This document shows positions 40,592 through 50,534 of a stretch of DNA of 64,000 nt, piece after piece. Below the pieces are notes generated by a model that was not told the origin of the DNA, did no database searches, and saw nothing but the letters and a program-made list of their open reading frames with translations. Within the stretch, counting starts at the first letter, position 1. Each line of letters opens with the position of its first letter. Origin of the DNA: Nitrospirae bacterium JdFR-85 (GTDB lineage: Bacteria; Nitrospirota; Thermodesulfovibrionia; Thermodesulfovibrionales; JdFR-85); NCBI GenBank assembly GCA_002011745.1, contig MTOU01000012.1, positions 57,732 through 121,731 on the forward strand, given 5' to 3'. Both the position numbers and the translations under genes were made by a program.

Positions 40592-41728
40592 ATGAGTAAG
40601 AACCCTTTGATAATGCTCCAGAAGTATGGACAGAGCTTCTGGTATGACAACATAAGCAGAGATATTATCTTCTCTGGTGAGTTGAAAAGGATGATAAAAG
40701 AAGAGGGTTTAAGGGGAGTAACCTCTAATCCCACCATATTTCATAAGGCGATCCAGTCCTCTGATATTTATAACGAGCAGTTGAGGGAGGTGCTTTCCAA
40801 AGATAGTGATATCTCTGACAAAGAGATATTTTATGAACTTGCTATTAAAGATATAAAGGATGCCTGTGATCTGTTGATGGATGTGTATAAAGAGAGCGAT
40901 GGTGATGATGGATATGTAAGCATAGAGGTTGATCCCCATCTCGCATATGATCCCGAGGAAACTATTAAGGAGGCCACTGAGTTATTTAAGAGGATATCAC
41001 GTCCCAATCTTATGATAAAGGTACCTGCTACAGCAGAGGGTCTTAAAGCGATTGAAGAACTCCTTTTCAGAGGTATTAATGTTAATGTTACTCTTCTTTT
41101 TTCAATAAAGAGATATGAGGAGGTTGTGGATACCTACCTTAAGGCCCTTGAGAGGAGGGCATCAGAAGGAATGGATGTTAACAGGGTTGCTTCAGTGGCA
41201 AGTTTTTTTGTAAGCCGTGTAGATACACTGACTGACAGGTATCTCGAGGAGATACTGAAGCATACAGAAGATGAGAATGAAAGGAGAAGGATTCAGAGTT
41301 TGATGGGCAAGGCAGCAGTTGCCAATGCCAAGATGGCTTATCAGGTCTTCAAAAGGGGTTTTTCTTCTGATAGGTTTCTTAAATTAAGACTCAAAGGTGC
41401 TAAGGTGCAGAGACTGCTGTTTGGCAGTACCAGTACAAAGAACCCTTCTTACAGTGATGTCCTTTATGTGGAGGAGTTAATCGGTCCTGGTACAGTGAAT
41501 ACCATGCCTGATAGCACCTGGCGTGCCTTTAAAAATCATGGCAAGGTTGCAAGGACCTTAGATGCGGATGTACAAAAGGCCGAGGATATACTGAGAGAGA
41601 TAGAATCCTTAGGGATCAGTCTGGATAGGGTTACAAAGGAGCTGGAGGATGAAGGAGTAAGGCTTTTTGTGGAGTCTTTTGATGCTGTACTGGATGTGAT
41701 AGCTGAGAAGAGAAAGAGCATTAAATGA
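40592..41728 (+). CDS. tal: Transaldolase (long type)
   Basis: GVTSNPTIF, SIEVDP, MIKVPAT, NVTLLFS, SFFVSRVD. Confidence 0.95.
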   Translation: MSKNPLIMLQKYGQSFWYDNISRDIIFSGELKRMIKEEGLRGVTSNPTIFHKAIQSSDIYNEQLREVLSKDSDISDKEIFYELAIKDIKDACDLLMDVYKESDGDDGYVSIEVDPHLAYDPEETIKEATELFKRISRPNLMIKVPATAEGLKAIEELLFRGINVNVTLLFSIKRYEEVVDTYLKALERRASEGMDVNRVASVASFFVSRVDTLTDRYLEEILKHTEDENERRRIQSLMGKAAVANAKMAYQVFKRGFSSDRFLKLRLKGAKVQRLLFGSTSTKNPSYSDVLYVEELIGPGTVNTMPDSTWRAFKNHGKVARTLDADVQKAEDILREIESLGISLDRVTKELEDEGVRLFVESFDAVLDVIAEKRKSIK

Positions 41729-41756
41729 TCGAGATTATTAAAGGGTTGGGGGGAAG

Positions 41757-42467
41757 ATGAAGAGGGTTTTAATTATCTGTATCCTCTCGACGATCTTTAT
41801 CTCCTGTGCTACATTATCCAAGAACGAAAAACTTCAAGAAGCCGAGGCACATTATAAGCTTGGCATATCCCATCTTAAGGAAGGGAAACTTCAGCCAGCC
41901 TTTGTGGAGTTGCAGAAGGTCATTTCCCTAAACCCCAAGGACAAAAGGGCCTATTATGTTCTCGGACTTATATATCAAGAGTTTGGTGAATATAAAGAGG
42001 CAGAGAACTCTATTAAAAAGGCGTTGGAAATTGATCCAGAGTATTCTGAGGCATACAATAGCCTTGGTGTCCTTTATACAAGAACAGGCAGATGGGAAGA
42101 GGCTATTAGGGTATTCCATAGGGCACTCAACAACCCCCTTTATCTTAGCCCTGAAAAGGCATTAACAAATCTTGGAATGGTATACTATAGACTGGGAAAA
42201 TATAAAGAGGCAGAGGAGTATTTCCGTAAGGCCATAAGGCGCGTCCCTGACTTTCCAAGGGCCTTTTATGGACTTGCACTCTGTTACAATGCGATGGGCA
42301 GGTATGGTGATGCTGCTGAGGCGATACAGAGGGCAATAGAGCTTGATCCTGTTATTGATGGTGATGTAGAACGGGCAAAGGAGCATTTTATAGAGATGAA
42401 ACTGAAGGCCCTCAGTCCTGAAGAACAGCAGGATTATACAGATCTTATAGAAATTTTATATTATTGA
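41757..42467 (+). CDS. TPR lipoprotein, PilF/PilW-like
   Basis: Lipobox FISC, several TPR repeats, ALNNPLY motif. Confidence 0.75.
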   Translation: MKRVLIICILSTIFISCATLSKNEKLQEAEAHYKLGISHLKEGKLQPAFVELQKVISLNPKDKRAYYVLGLIYQEFGEYKEAENSIKKALEIDPEYSEAYNSLGVLYTRTGRWEEAIRVFHRALNNPLYLSPEKALTNLGMVYYRLGKYKEAEEYFRKAIRRVPDFPRAFYGLALCYNAMGRYGDAAEAIQRAIELDPVIDGDVERAKEHFIEMKLKALSPEEQQDYTDLIEILYY

Positions 42468-42508
42468 GATATTTATGAAACTAACTAACCTAAAGGGAGA
42501 GTTAGAGT

Positions 42509-42775
42509 ATGGGAAGTGTTGAGGTTACCATCCTTGGACAGCAGTATAAGATAAAAGGTGATGCACCTGATGAATATATAAGAGAGCTTGCGACATATGT
42601 GGATAAAAAGATAAGGGATGTCCTTGAGAAGAGTCCGAATACTGCTCCACTGAAAGCGACTATACTGGCTGCTATAAGCATTGCTGATGAATTGTTCCGT
42701 TACAGAGAGGATCAGGAGAGATACAAGAAGGAGATAGAGGAGAAGACAGAAGAGCTCGTGAGACTTTTTGAATAA
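42509..42775 (+). CDS. zapA: Cell division protein ZapA
   Basis: VEVTILGQQY, LATYVDKKI, ILAAISIADEL, coiled coil. Confidence 0.9.
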   Translation: MGSVEVTILGQQYKIKGDAPDEYIRELATYVDKKIRDVLEKSPNTAPLKATILAAISIADELFRYREDQERYKKEIEEKTEELVRLFE

Positions 42776-42893
42776 GCAGATGGATATTTCAAAGTAACCA
42801 AACTATAGATCTGTTCCAAGTTTAAAATTTCTTTTTGGTAGCTTGAGATTCTGATGGTTGTATTAGAGTTAATATTTATGTAAGGAGGTGGCA

Positions 42894-43730
42894 ATGATAA
42901 AGTTTTTTGAGAAGGACCCTTATTCTCCAATACAGTATGTATATGACGTAGAAAAGGTGCTTTACAAGGGAAAATCACCTTTTCAGGATATTATGGTTAT
43001 TGAGAACTCCTATTTTGGCAAGATACTCATACTTGATGGAGTGGTTCAGCTTACAGAGAAGGATGAGTTTTTCTATCATGAGATGCTTGTACATGTGATT
43101 ATGCATTCACATCCAGAGCCCAAGAGGGTGGTTGTGATAGGTGGTGGTGATGGGGGTGCTGTTAGGGAGGTGCTTAAGCATGAGACAGTGGAGAGGATCT
43201 ATTTTGTTGAGATAGACAGAGAGGTGACAGAGATATCAAAGAGGTTTTTTCCTACAGTCTCTTCTGGAGTGGACGATCCCAAGGTAGAGATACATAATAT
43301 GGATGGGGCAGAGTTTATAAAGAGTAGAACAGAGGAGTTTGATGTAGTAATAGTAGATTCTACAGATATTATAGGTTTTGCAAAGAGTCTATTTACAGTG
43401 GAATTCTTCAAAGCTGTTAAGGAAAGCCTTAGAGACAGAGGTATGTTTGTCACCCTCTCTGAGTCTCTCCATTTCCATAAGGATATGGTGGTAAATGTAC
43501 AAGAAACAATGAGACTGGTCTTCCCCATAGTTGACCTATATACAACTCCCATAGCCACATATGCGGGTAACTGGTGGACCTTCTCCTGTGCCTCTTTGTC
43601 CTTAGACCTTAGACAGATTAGAAGAGAATGTGTAAAAGATACGAGGTATTATTCAGAAGAGATCCATCAACAGGCATTTCTCCCTTTGAGTCTCTACAAA
43701 AAACTGATGAACAAAGAGCTTGAGTGGTAA
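42894..43730 (+). CDS. speE: Polyamine aminopropyltransferase (spermidine synthase)
   Basis: LDGVVQLTEKDEFFYHE, IGGGDGG, VEID, IVDSTD; SD AAGGAGG. Confidence 0.92.
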   Translation: MIKFFEKDPYSPIQYVYDVEKVLYKGKSPFQDIMVIENSYFGKILILDGVVQLTEKDEFFYHEMLVHVIMHSHPEPKRVVVIGGGDGGAVREVLKHETVERIYFVEIDREVTEISKRFFPTVSSGVDDPKVEIHNMDGAEFIKSRTEEFDVVIVDSTDIIGFAKSLFTVEFFKAVKESLRDRGMFVTLSESLHFHKDMVVNVQETMRLVFPIVDLYTTPIATYAGNWWTFSCASLSLDLRQIRRECVKDTRYYSEEIHQQAFLPLSLYKKLMNKELEW

Positions 43731-43732
43731 GT

Positions 43733-44419
43733 ATGGAAGAGAGACTGATAGGTATTGATCTGTCTGTTGCATCCAAAGAGGTGATCTCCATGCTCCTTGA
43801 TGACCCTCCTGATGGTTCTGTCTACTGGGAGATTTATAGGGCGAATCAACACAGACCAGAAGTTTTGAGGCTTATGTATGAGCATCCTGGAACTCCCTAT
43901 GAAGTTCTTACAGAAGTCTCTAAGGCCCTTTCTCTTCCAGTGAAGTCAGAAACAGAGGTGGTCGAGGCGAGGAGGGATTATTTCAAAGAAGAGACACAAG
44001 AGGAGCGGGTTAGAAGCATATTTCAGAGAATACAGAGGCTATCTGTAGGAGAGAAGATACAGCTTGCCTTGAAAGGAGGTAAAGAGGTGAGAAGTATTCT
44101 TATAAGGGATGCGAATAAGGAGGTGGTACTTAAGGTTCTTGAGAATCCCAAAATTACTGAAAGTGAAGTGGAAATGGCGGCAAGGAATCCACAGTTGCCT
44201 CAGGAGGCATTGAGATTTATTGCTAAGAAGAGGGACTGGATTAGGAGATATCCTATTATGTATGCGCTTGTATCAAATCCAAAGACTCCACCGGGGATAT
44301 CAACACAGTTTATAAGCCATTTAAGGAATAATGATCTTGTAATACTTGAGAAAAACAAGAGTATCCCTGATGCAGTGAGGAATGCTGTTAAGAGATATCT
44401 GAAGATGAGGAAGAAGTAA
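43733..44419 (+). CDS. Hypothetical helical-repeat protein
   Basis: Clean ORF tightly coupled to both neighbours; repeated NP(K/Q) helical units. Confidence 0.6.
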   Translation: MEERLIGIDLSVASKEVISMLLDDPPDGSVYWEIYRANQHRPEVLRLMYEHPGTPYEVLTEVSKALSLPVKSETEVVEARRDYFKEETQEERVRSIFQRIQRLSVGEKIQLALKGGKEVRSILIRDANKEVVLKVLENPKITESEVEMAARNPQLPQEALRFIAKKRDWIRRYPIMYALVSNPKTPPGISTQFISHLRNNDLVILEKNKSIPDAVRNAVKRYLKMRKK

Positions 44420-45564
44420 TGCAGTACGAGATAAAGAGGGGGCATAAGTTTTTCCCGAAAAAGACATGGGAAAAGGTTCTCAACTTTCTTGCAAGGACTG
44501 ATGAACCAACACCCTATCTACTGATGGATAGTGACCTTATAAGACAGTCCTGTCAGAAGATAGGTAGAGGCATAAAGAATTCAAAGGTCTTTTATGCAAT
44601 GAAGGCTAATCCAGATATAGAGGTTGTCAAATTTATAATGCAGCAAGGACTAAGTTTTGAGATAGCCTCAGAGGGCGAATTGAGTGTCCTAAGGATGCTC
44701 AATGTGGGTCCTGATAGAATAATCTCAAGTAATCCTGTAAAAAGCCCCAGCTTTATCAGAGAGGCTTACTCCTATGGTGTGAGACTGTTTGCCTTTGACT
44801 CGGAGCACGAGATAGAGAAACTGAGAATACTTGCTCCAGAATCAGAACTCTATGTAAGGGTATCTGTGCCCAACGAGGGCAGTGAGTGGCCATTGAGTAA
44901 GAAGTTTGGAGTAGAGCCTGATAGGGCTGTATCTCTGCTGTTGCTTGCTGCAGAAAGAGGACTTAATCCAGTAGGTATAACCTTTCATGTGGGTTCTCAA
45001 TGTATGAATATCTATAATTGGAGTACAGCGATTGATAAGGTGTTGGGAGTGTGGAGAAAGGTTGAATCAGAGGGTATAAAACTTAGAGTTCTTAATATAG
45101 GTGGTGGTTATCCTATCCGGTACACAAGGGAGGTAGTGGATATAGAAAGTATCGAAAAGATGATCAATGAGACAATCTTTAGTCAATTTCCAGAGGATAT
45201 AGAAGTCCATATTGAGCCTGGACGGGCTGTGGTGGGAGAGGCGGGTGTATTTATTACAAGGGTGATAGGCAAGGCGACAAGGTCAGATGAAAACTGGCTT
45301 TATATCGATGTAGGAGTATTTAATGGACTGATGGAGAGTATAGGTGGCATAAAATATACTATGATAGTGGGTAGCCGTGCAAAGCCCAAGCGATGGATAG
45401 TGGCTGGACCAAGTTGTGATAGCTTTGATGTGATTGCAAGAGATGTCCTTCTTCCAGAGCCTAATATAGGGGACTATCTTCTGATCCCTTCTGCAGGAGC
45501 ATATACCATATCCTATGCATCAGAGTTTAATGGATTCCCCATTCCAAAAACTGTTCTTATATAA
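44419..45564 (+). CDS. Fold-type III PLP decarboxylase (ornithine/lysine decarboxylase)
   Basis: YAMKANP, KFG, FHVGSQ, NIGGG, EPGR, GPSCDSFD. Confidence 0.9.
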   Translation: MQYEIKRGHKFFPKKTWEKVLNFLARTDEPTPYLLMDSDLIRQSCQKIGRGIKNSKVFYAMKANPDIEVVKFIMQQGLSFEIASEGELSVLRMLNVGPDRIISSNPVKSPSFIREAYSYGVRLFAFDSEHEIEKLRILAPESELYVRVSVPNEGSEWPLSKKFGVEPDRAVSLLLLAAERGLNPVGITFHVGSQCMNIYNWSTAIDKVLGVWRKVESEGIKLRVLNIGGGYPIRYTREVVDIESIEKMINETIFSQFPEDIEVHIEPGRAVVGEAGVFITRVIGKATRSDENWLYIDVGVFNGLMESIGGIKYTMIVGSRAKPKRWIVAGPSCDSFDVIARDVLLPEPNIGDYLLIPSAGAYTISYASEFNGFPIPKTVLI

Positions 45565-45601
45565 ACCCTGGACAGGAATAGGAAAAGGGAGGTAAGAAGA
45601 G

Positions 45602-47026
45602 ATGAAGGAGGTATTTAGTACATCTCAACAGATGCAAGAAGCCCTTAAGGAGGTATTAAGCATTGGCGAAAAAGAGGTGAGTATCATTGATGAGAGGAGA
45701 CTCTGTTCAGAGGCTATTGATAGGCTGGTATACACCGCTGTTTTCTCAGAAGAGGATAATCTCAGACAACAGGCAAAGAGACTAATAAGACTTGCTGGAG
45801 AGGCTATTGGTGTTATGGCATCATCTATACACGACCTTTATATGGTGATGGGCAGGGGAGAGACACCTCAGTTTACAGTGCCTGCAATGAATATCAGAGG
45901 CATGACCTATGATGTGGCAAGAAGAGTGTTCAGGGTTGCTAATGAACTAAAGGCAGGGGCATTTATATTTGAGATAGCAAGGTCAGAGATGGGATATACA
46001 ATGCAGAGTCCCTCTGAGTATGCCACCTCTGTGCTCGCAGCAGCAATCAAGGAAGGCTATAGAGGGCCTGTCTTTATTCAAGGAGACCATTTCCAGATAA
46101 ACTCTAAACTTTTTGTTGAACAGAGAGAGAAGGAGTTAGAAAATCTCAAGACTCTTATAAAAGAGGCGATAGCTGCAGGTTTTTATAATATTGATATAGA
46201 TGCCTCTACAGTTGTTGACTACTCTAAGGCATCTCTATCAGAACAACAGTATCTAAACTATCTCTGTACAGCTCAGCTTACTGCATTCATAAGAGAGATA
46301 GAGCCTGAGGGGATTACAGTTTCGGTAGGTGCTGAGATTGGTCATATTGGAGGGAAAAACTCTACTGTTGAAGAGGCAGAGGCATTCATGGAAGGGTTTC
46401 TGGAGCATCTCCGAAAGATTGGAACTTCTTTGCCCGGAATATCTAAGCTTAGTGTACAGACAGGTACTACTCATGGAGGTGTGCCTCTGCCGGATGGAAG
46501 TATTGCAGAGGTGAGGTTGGATTTCTCGGTTCTTAGAGATATAGGTGGCCTTGTCAGAAGCAGATACGGCCTTTCAGGTACAGTTCAGCATGGTGCCTCT
46601 ACACTGCCTGAGGAGTTCTTTGATCTCTTTCCTGAGAACAACTGCTCAGAGATTCACCTTGCCACAGGATTCCAGAATATCATGTTCGAGTATGCCCCTG
46701 AGGAACTCAGAAAGGAGATATATGAGTTCTTAAAGAAGGAATACAGAGGAGAATGGAAGGAGGGTATGACAGAGGAACAGTTTATTTACAAAACAAGGAA
46801 GAAGTCCTTTGGTCACTTTAAAAAACAGTGGTGGTATCTTGATAAGGCTGTTAAGGAGAGGATTCTGGATATGCTTGAAGATAAGTTTAGAGTTCTGTTT
46901 CAGAAGCTGAGGGTGAAAGATACCAAAGAGATTGTGGAAAAATACACGACTCAGGTGAGAATAGGATATCCCCTCTATGAAGATACAGAACCGTGGAAGG
47001 ATATCTACGCTGAAGGGGATGATTGA
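45602..47026 (+). CDS. Class II fructose-bisphosphate aldolase-like protein (long form)
   Basis: QGDH, IDAS, EIGHIGG, GTTHGG, VQHGAS metal-ligand motifs. Confidence 0.8.
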   Translation: MKEVFSTSQQMQEALKEVLSIGEKEVSIIDERRLCSEAIDRLVYTAVFSEEDNLRQQAKRLIRLAGEAIGVMASSIHDLYMVMGRGETPQFTVPAMNIRGMTYDVARRVFRVANELKAGAFIFEIARSEMGYTMQSPSEYATSVLAAAIKEGYRGPVFIQGDHFQINSKLFVEQREKELENLKTLIKEAIAAGFYNIDIDASTVVDYSKASLSEQQYLNYLCTAQLTAFIREIEPEGITVSVGAEIGHIGGKNSTVEEAEAFMEGFLEHLRKIGTSLPGISKLSVQTGTTHGGVPLPDGSIAEVRLDFSVLRDIGGLVRSRYGLSGTVQHGASTLPEEFFDLFPENNCSEIHLATGFQNIMFEYAPEELRKEIYEFLKKEYRGEWKEGMTEEQFIYKTRKKSFGHFKKQWWYLDKAVKERILDMLEDKFRVLFQKLRVKDTKEIVEKYTTQVRIGYPLYEDTEPWKDIYAEGDD

Positions 47027-47868
47027 TTGAGTGCCTGAAGCATATTTTTAAGGGATTCTTTCCAGTCAGGAGGGACAAATCCTGTTGATACTTCGGTAAA
47101 GAAGGTATCAAGTACTGAGTAAGAAGGTCTTTGTGCAGGTGTGGGATATTCCTCTGTTTTTATAGGAATAACCTCACAGTCTACCGAGGCATATTTAAGA
47201 ATCTCTCTGGCAAATTCATACCAGCTTATTCCTCCCTCTGTTTTATCTGTTACATGGTGAATACCATAATAGCCTGATTCGATTATTCTCTTAATGCCTC
47301 TGGCCAGGGTGACTGTCCATGTAGGAGAGCCTTTCTGGTCCGAGACCACTCTTAATTGATCTTTCTCCTTTGCCAGTCTAAGAATAGTCTTCACAAAGTT
47401 GTTTCCTTTCACTCCATACAACCAACTTGTTCTAACAATATAGAATCTCTTCATATTCCACTGTATATATTTTTCACCGGCAAGTTTTGTCAATCCATAG
47501 AAGTTTACCGCTCGGGTAGGATCAAAGGGTGTATAGGCCCTCTGACTCTGACCATCGAAGACATAATCTGTACTTATATGGCAGAGGATGATATCCAATT
47601 CTGAACAGATCACTGAGAGATTGTATGCTCCTATTCCATTAACCATGAAGGCCTTTTGTCTTTCTGTTTCGGCAAGATCAACCTTGGTGTAGGCAGCACA
47701 ATTAACAACAACCTCAGGTGATAGACTCTTAAGGGTATCTCTCAAAGAGGCTATATCGGTTATATCCAGTTGCTGTCTTGTGAGTCCTACTACATCATGC
47801 TCTGATGAGAGTATGGGTAGAAGATCACTGGCAAGCATTCCTGCGGCACCGGTGATGAGTATCTTCAT
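47005..47868 (-). CDS. rmlD: dTDP-4-dehydrorhamnose reductase
   Basis: TGAAGML, CAAYTKVD, STDYVFDG, YGLTK. Confidence 0.95.
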   Translation of the reverse strand: MKILITGAAGMLASDLLPILSSEHDVVGLTRQQLDITDIASLRDTLKSLSPEVVVNCAAYTKVDLAETERQKAFMVNGIGAYNLSVICSELDIILCHISTDYVFDGQSQRAYTPFDPTRAVNFYGLTKLAGEKYIQWNMKRFYIVRTSWLYGVKGNNFVKTILRLAKEKDQLRVVSDQKGSPTWTVTLARGIKRIIESGYYGIHHVTDKTEGGISWYEFAREILKYASVDCEVIPIKTEEYPTPAQRPSYSVLDTFFTEVSTGFVPPDWKESLKNMLQALNQSSPSA

Positions 47869-48869
47869 TTGTCTGTCCAGAAACCTTTACTCTCCTTTTT
47901 TAGTCTCTCCTTCAGAGGTCTCCACCACCACTGATTCTCTCTATACCATCTTACAGTGATCTCAATACCTCTGTTGAAGTCAACCTGAGGAGCCCATCCC
48001 AATTGTCTGGATATCTTTGAGTAGTTGACTGAATAACGATAATCATGTCCTGGTCTATCAGGTACAAACTCTATCTCTTTTTCATCCTTTTGCATCAATG
48101 ATAGGACTGTTCTGACTACCTCTATATTTCTTTTCTCATTCCCTCCTCCCACATTGTATATTTCACCTATTTTCCCCTTATGCAATACCATGTCAATGGC
48201 TCGGCATGTATCCTCCACAAAGAGCCAGTCTCTTATATTAAGCCCTTTACCATAAACAGGAACCTTAAGACCATCTATGAGGTTTGTTACCATAAGGGGT
48301 ATGAACTTCTCTGGCAACTGAAAGGGGCCATAGTTATTTGAAGGTCTGATTATTATTGCAGGAACTTCATAGGTGATTATATAGGACCTTACAAGAAGGT
48401 CAGCAGATGCCTTTGAGGCAGCGTAGGGGGAGTTGGGTTTAAGGGGATCCTCTTCTGTAAACTCTCCTTCGTCAGTCTGGAAAGTGCCATAGACTTCATC
48501 AGTGGATATGTGGATGAATCTCTTGATGCCTGCATTCCTTGCGGCATCAAGCAAGACATGGGTTCCTATGATATTAGTCTTCAGAAAGGGTTGTGCATCT
48601 ACTATTGATCGGTCCACATGGCTTTCTGCTGCAAAATGCACTACTGCGTCTGCATCTTTTACCACCTCTTTTACTGTCTCTACATCTTCTATTCTGCCAT
48701 GGATGAACCTATACCTTGGGAAGTCTTCCACATCATAGAGGTTCTCTCTATTTCCTGCATAAGTGAGGGCATCAATATTTATGATCTCATAGGAAGGATA
48801 ATTTTTAAGAATATACCTTATAAAATTGGACCCTATAAATCCGCATCCACCAGTAACAAGTAGTCTCAT
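47865..48869 (-). CDS. rmlB: dTDP-glucose 4,6-dehydratase
   Basis: GGCGFIG, AAESHVDRS, STDEVYG, YAASK. Confidence 0.97.
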   Translation of the reverse strand: MRLLVTGGCGFIGSNFIRYILKNYPSYEIINIDALTYAGNRENLYDVEDFPRYRFIHGRIEDVETVKEVVKDADAVVHFAAESHVDRSIVDAQPFLKTNIIGTHVLLDAARNAGIKRFIHISTDEVYGTFQTDEGEFTEEDPLKPNSPYAASKASADLLVRSYIITYEVPAIIIRPSNNYGPFQLPEKFIPLMVTNLIDGLKVPVYGKGLNIRDWLFVEDTCRAIDMVLHKGKIGEIYNVGGGNEKRNIEVVRTVLSLMQKDEKEIEFVPDRPGHDYRYSVNYSKISRQLGWAPQVDFNRGIEITVRWYRENQWWWRPLKERLKKESKGFWTDK

Positions 48870-49333
48870 TCTGTCTCCAATTTAAAGGGGCTGTTAGGGT
48901 CATCCTCATGCCTTATCTCGTCCACTTCTTCCTTTCTGCCCCAACCTCTGTATAGTCTGTCTGGAAGGTTTATCACAAGTGCATCCTCAGTCCCGGAGTT
49001 TCTGTAAGCATGAACAACACCTGCAGGTACAAGAACAATCTTTTGGTTTGCCTTTATGACTGTTCTATTTCCATAGGTAGGGGAATGGGGTCTGTTGTCC
49101 CATAGGAAGAGGTCAAAGTCTCCAAGAAAGCAGAAGTAATCTGTCTGATGTCTATGTTCATGAGGGCCTCTGGCAACTCCAGGATGTGTGAGAGATACAT
49201 AGGCCATTACGGGACAGAATCCTTCTGGGAGTTCGTCCTCTCTAAAAAGCTCTGTAAGCCATCCCCTGTTGTCACTGAAGATTTTCATATCTTTGATTAT
49301 AACTCCATCAATAGCTCCTTCTCTGAACTCCAT
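48866..49333 (-). CDS. rmlC: dTDP-4-dehydrorhamnose 3,5-epimerase family protein
   Basis: DNRGWLTE, RGPHEH, VPAGVVH cupin motifs; rml context. Confidence 0.85.
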   Translation of the reverse strand: MEFREGAIDGVIIKDMKIFSDNRGWLTELFREDELPEGFCPVMAYVSLTHPGVARGPHEHRHQTDYFCFLGDFDLFLWDNRPHSPTYGNRTVIKANQKIVLVPAGVVHAYRNSGTEDALVINLPDRLYRGWGRKEEVDEIRHEDDPNSPFKLETE

Positions 49334-50401
49334 CTATACCTCCACTACTGTATCATCTCCGATCATCAGCCTTAGAGCCTTATGCTTTTTATTATTTTTT
49401 ACTACCCTTGCATTCCTTCCTATGAGGCTGTCTTCAAGCCTGTCAACTCCCTCTACAATAGAGTTGTTAAGGATTACAGAATGTTCAATGACAGAGTTTC
49501 TAATTGTTACGCCCTCTCCAATACTGGTATAAGGTCCTATAAAGGAGTTCTCCACTTTAGTGCCTTTGCCAATCTTTATAGGGCCTCTTAAGATGGATTT
49601 TTTTACAGTGGCTCCCTCCTCTATCTCTACCCTTCCTACCAGTTGGGATGCCCCATCCACATTTCCCTTAACAGACCGTTTTATATATTCATCAAGCACA
49701 ATTGTGTTCGCCTCAAGCAGGTCATCTTTCTTACCAGTATCAAGCCACCATCCTTCTAAGATCTCGCTCTTTACTGTATAACCCATATTGATCAATTCCT
49801 GTATTGCATCCGTGATCTCTAATTCACCCCTATGGGATGGTTTAATCTTTGATATCGCCTCATGAATATGTGCAGAAAAGATATACACCCCCACAAGGGC
49901 AAGATTTGATGGAGGTTCTTTCGGCTTTTCTATTAGTCTTAGAATATTACCTGAACTGTCAAGTTCAGCTACCCCAAACCTTGTGGGATCATCCACTTCT
50001 TTTAAATATATAAGAGCATCGGGTCTTTCCTGTAAAAATCTTTCTACAGCTCCTTTCACTCCGTAACTGAGAAGATTGTCACCGAGATACATTACAAAAT
50101 CATCGGCTCCGAGAAACTCCTTTGCAGTAAACACTGCATGGGCAAGTCCAAGGGGCTTTTCTTGGAGGATATACTCAATACTAAAGTTCCATCTCTTTCC
50201 ATCACCCAGATAGTTTTTTACCTCATCTCCTGTCTCTGGTGAGATTATAACACCAACCTCTTTTATCCCAGCCTCTGAGATATGATTCATCACATAACCG
50301 AGGATAGGGGTACCTGCTACAGGCACAAGCTGTTTAGCCATTGTATGTGTTAGAGGCCTCAGTCTGGTACCTTTACCACCGCTTAGAACAAGTGCCTTCA
50401 T
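49334..50401 (-). CDS. rmlA: Glucose-1-phosphate thymidylyltransferase (long form)
   Basis: GGKGTRLRPLT, KQLVPV, RGELEITDA, WLDTG, C-terminal beta-helix. Confidence 0.93.
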   Translation of the reverse strand: MKALVLSGGKGTRLRPLTHTMAKQLVPVAGTPILGYVMNHISEAGIKEVGVIISPETGDEVKNYLGDGKRWNFSIEYILQEKPLGLAHAVFTAKEFLGADDFVMYLGDNLLSYGVKGAVERFLQERPDALIYLKEVDDPTRFGVAELDSSGNILRLIEKPKEPPSNLALVGVYIFSAHIHEAISKIKPSHRGELEITDAIQELINMGYTVKSEILEGWWLDTGKKDDLLEANTIVLDEYIKRSVKGNVDGASQLVGRVEIEEGATVKKSILRGPIKIGKGTKVENSFIGPYTSIGEGVTIRNSVIEHSVILNNSIVEGVDRLEDSLIGRNARVVKNNKKHKALRLMIGDDTVVEV

Positions 50402-50534
50402 AATCTCTCCTATGTCTTAGAATAGTATACACCGTAAGTAGAGGATTTTGCTTATTTGAGTGGATTCTACAGTAAATAGCATCAACTATCCGGTATTTTA
50501 TATAATTAAACTTTAATTAGTATACTTTTTAATT

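Noticed and set aside
42776-42887. 6S RNA (ssrS), often found after zapA
   Set aside because: The gap is only about 110 nt, AT-rich, and shows no long self-complementary rod
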